The position numbers and the translations under genes were made by a program. This document shows, in pieces, positions 61,039-64,000 of a DNA stretch of 64,000 nucleotides; the stretch's first letter is position 1; every line of letters begins with the position of its first letter. The stretch is from Octopus sinensis (taxonomy: Eukaryota): positions 67,518,001 through 67,582,000 of the forward strand of contig NC_043008.1 of the NCBI RefSeq assembly GCF_006345805.1, given 5' to 3'. The notes below the pieces were generated by a model that had not been told where the DNA came from, did not search any database, and saw only the letters and a list, made by a program, of their open reading frames with translations.

Positions 61039-61450
61039 TTACAGTCGACTGCCGCGAAGTCTTGTACAGACAAAAAAAAAGAAAGAAAGAGAATGAAAAA
61101 TATAACATCGAGGAAAGACTGACTAGAGGGGAAGGGAGATAGAGGTGAGAGAGAATTGGGGTGGGGTGTGGGGGAATTCAGTACCAGTCTGGTATTTTTT
61201 CAACTCCGGAAACAACCAATGAAACGTTGACCTCGTCGACACTTGAATTTAGAACGCAGGCAGCCTTGAAGACTACCTCTAGGAATGTTTTATCATCGCT
61301 TTAACGACTTTCCCAACTTGCTACCTTAACCATTCTAACATTCAAGTTTACTCAGCGACGAATCACTTCACTTAGAGAAACACCGGATCTTTTCCTTTTC
61401 ATGGGTAGCTCGATTAATTAATTTTCTTTAACTAAACACTTTCGTATACC

Positions 61451-62262
61451 GGTAGAATGTGTTATATAGAACATCTTTTACTCTTAGCGTTGTTAAGAAA
61501 AGTTTCTATTATCAAAGTTCTTTCGTGTTAAAGTTGTCGTATTTCGGTAATTTCAACCAATCAATGACGTGTATTCAGCTGAATAAAATTACTGCTGTTG
61601 TTTGTCAACAACTATTGGTGGTGTATATTTCGTTAGTCGCTGTTATTTATGACATCGTTCGTGCGTTTGTACTGGTTTTAGCTTTAGGGTTTTAGGGTTA
61701 GGGTTAGGTTAGGGTTTTAATGTTAGGGTTGGGTTTTAGGGTTAGAGTTACGGAAAAAGTGAAAAATGAAGAAATTGGAGGGGGATGAGTAAGGAGGGAA
61801 ATTTCAAAATTCCGATTTTTGGCAATTTTCCGGAATCTCTGTATCCGAAAAGCTGCGCTTTTGGCAAAAAGCAATAATTTGCGAGAAAATGTGTGTGTGT
61901 GTATGGAGGGGGGGGGTTGGAGAAAGTCTTTCCGAAAATAGTAGCTGTAAAACAGGAAAAAACCTAAAAGCAGTAGAAATGCATGAACGATTATGGTGGT
62001 GTCATGAAGAAAAACGTACTTCAGATACACTCGTTTTTCATGCGAACGTAACTGGGATGAAATATGTCATAAATAACACTGACGAATGAAATATACACCG
62101 CTGGAAGTTGTTATTGACAAACAAAAGTAGTAACTTTATTCAGCTCAATAGACGTCATTGATTGGTTGAAATTACCCAAATACTACAATTTTAACACGAA
62201 ATAACTTCGAAAATATAAACTTTTCTAAACAGCGCTCATAGTAAAAGATGTTCTATATGCTA
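61451..62262. mobile_element. Fold-back/MITE-like element with ~150-bp imperfect TIRs and an internal telomere-like tract
   Basis: ATATAGAACATCTTTTACT...TTTGTCAACAAC (61462-61612) is mirrored at 62104-62258; degenerate (TTAGGG)n at 61684-61750. Confidence 0.7.
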
Positions 62263-64000
62263 TTCATCCTCCTCACTCCATCCAGCAATCAAATTCGGAT
62301 CGTGTCGATATCCACAGCTTTGTGCGCCGCGTTAAGTTGTGTGCGCTTTTCCGCGACACTTCACCTGCACCTAATGAGGAGGACTGCTTCACCGACCTGG
62401 GCTGCCGACCATCCCAGTGGACGCCAGCACCTGGCCAGTTCCAAGCAGTCGATCTTTTTGCGGGCGCCTGCCAGCGTGCTGTGGACCGGCTTGAATTTTC
62501 CAAGCGTCCCTGACATCTGAACATCTCTCCATCTGAACTCTTGGCTCTTCAATGTCTCCGACGCCGCACAGACATCATCATAAAACCGGTCGACAAAGGT
62601 GGAGCTGTGGTAGTGTGGTGCACGGACCTCTACAAGGCGGAAGCTCTCCGCCAACTTCAAGTGACCTCCTTCTAATGCCCTCTGCCCTCCAACCCCACGC
62701 CCAGCTACCAACAGACTGTGTTCTTCTCTATCCATGACCTCATCTCCTCCTCACCGCCTCTAACCTCATTGTCCGCACCCCTCGCACTTCCACTGCAAAA
62801 TCCACAAATCTAACAACCCTGGTCGCTCCATCGTCTCCGACTGCAACTGTCCCACCGAACTCATCTCCAGATATCTTGACCGTGTCCTTGCGTCCCTAGT
62901 GGCTTCCCTCCCATCTCACATCCATGACACCAGCCATGCTCTTCGTTTGTTCAACTCTTTTTCCTTCCCTCCTGGCTCCTCTAAACTTCTCTTCATTCTT
63001 GACATCAAGAGTCTAATATACACGGGAATCCCTCACCACGAGGGGCTGTGTGCACTCCAACATTTCCTTGACCTTCGACCCAACCCCCAACCGGACACAT
63101 CCACACTCCTTCGTCTGGCCGAACTTTTCCTATCACTTAACTGCTTCTCGTTCGCAGGTGATTTTTACAAACACACAGACTCACACTCATACCTCAAATT
63201 CTCCTCATCCCCCCTAAACACATCAAGATCTCCATCCCCTATTCCCAATTCCTCCGTCTACGCAGACTCTGCAGTGACAACCATGACTTTGAGACTCAGT
63301 CTCAACTCATGGCTCGCCACTTCATCCTACGTGGATATCCCATCACTACTATCCACACCGCCCTTGCCAGAACACGTTCCGTGGACCATGCATATGCTCT
63401 CTCCCCCCGCACCCACCCCTCCGTCACCCGTCTCCCGTTTCCCTCACCTACCCCGCCATCACCCTACCTCCAGTCCGATGCCTCCACTTCGCACATCTTC
63501 CCTAACCGACCCCTCCTTCAAACTAGCCCACAACCTACGAGACCTTCTGGTCCACAGCCGCTTCCCTAACTCAACCTCCCAACCCAGCTCGCTCCTCTGC
63601 TTCCGCCCACGCTGCCGCATTTGACCTAACATCTCCAACACCACCCTCCTCACCGGCACCCATCATCGACCCTATCATATCACCAAATCCTTCACCTGCA
63701 CTTCTAGCAACGTCATCTACTGCATCTCCTGTTCTCTCTGTTCTTCTCTATACATCAGTCAAACGGGACGCCGCTTGGCTAACCGGTTCGCGGAACATCT
63801 CCGAGACATCCGACTCGGAAACGACACTCCGGTCCCGCACCATTTCTGCTTTAACGGTCACTCTTTATAACACCTGTCTGTGTTCGGATTGTCCTTGCAC
63901 AGGGACCATCCGGACTCACGTCTTCGCCGTGAGCAGGGATTAATCTCTCTTCGCTCTTTTGCGTCACACGGGCTCATCCCGCCTTCCCTTTTCATCTAAC
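62263..64000 (+). mobile_element. Penelope-like element with an internal deletion of the RT catalytic core; GIY-YIG present; runs off the window end
   Basis: IIKPVDKGGAVVVW; LNCFSFAGDFY fused directly to KHTDSHSYL; TCTSSNVIYCISCSLCSSLYISQTGRRL..RFAEH. Confidence 0.9.

Noticed and set aside
61684-61750. True telomere or chromosome-fusion site
   Set aside because: Short, degenerate, single orientation, and enclosed within inverted arms of a repeat.

Overview
AT-rich, repeat-saturated animal genomic DNA. The SINE families and GC-rich rDNA look like those of an octopod cephalopod (Octopus sp.); this is recognition from memory, not a database result. Most of the window is transposable elements nested in microsatellites: R4/Dong-type REL LINEs and a non-coding ~550-bp element, both within (TAA)n; Penelope-like elements (RT + GIY-YIG) and their short pseudo-LTRs within (TA)n; an L1/Tx1 LINE; CR1/L2, RTE and HERO-like LINE pieces; tRNA-headed SINEs; Helitrons; Tc2-like, Merlin-like and Tc1 DNA elements; and an 18S/28S rDNA orphan. 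The only convincing host gene is on the + strand at about 52.3-56.6 kb. It has four phase-compatible GT-AG exons: a signal-peptide-like exon that needs a frameshift, a MEGF/Draper-type EGF exon, and two exons forming an F-type lectin domain whose fucose-binding His/Arg positions appear swapped. The most notable non-coding signals are five minimal type-I hammerhead ribozyme motifs in (TA)n-embedded repeats, one with a compensatory G3-C8 core pair, and several long fold-back palindromes built from the same kind of repeats. Nearly all low-complexity ORFs in the supplied track are microsatellite artefacts. Many frameshifts may be assembly indel errors.
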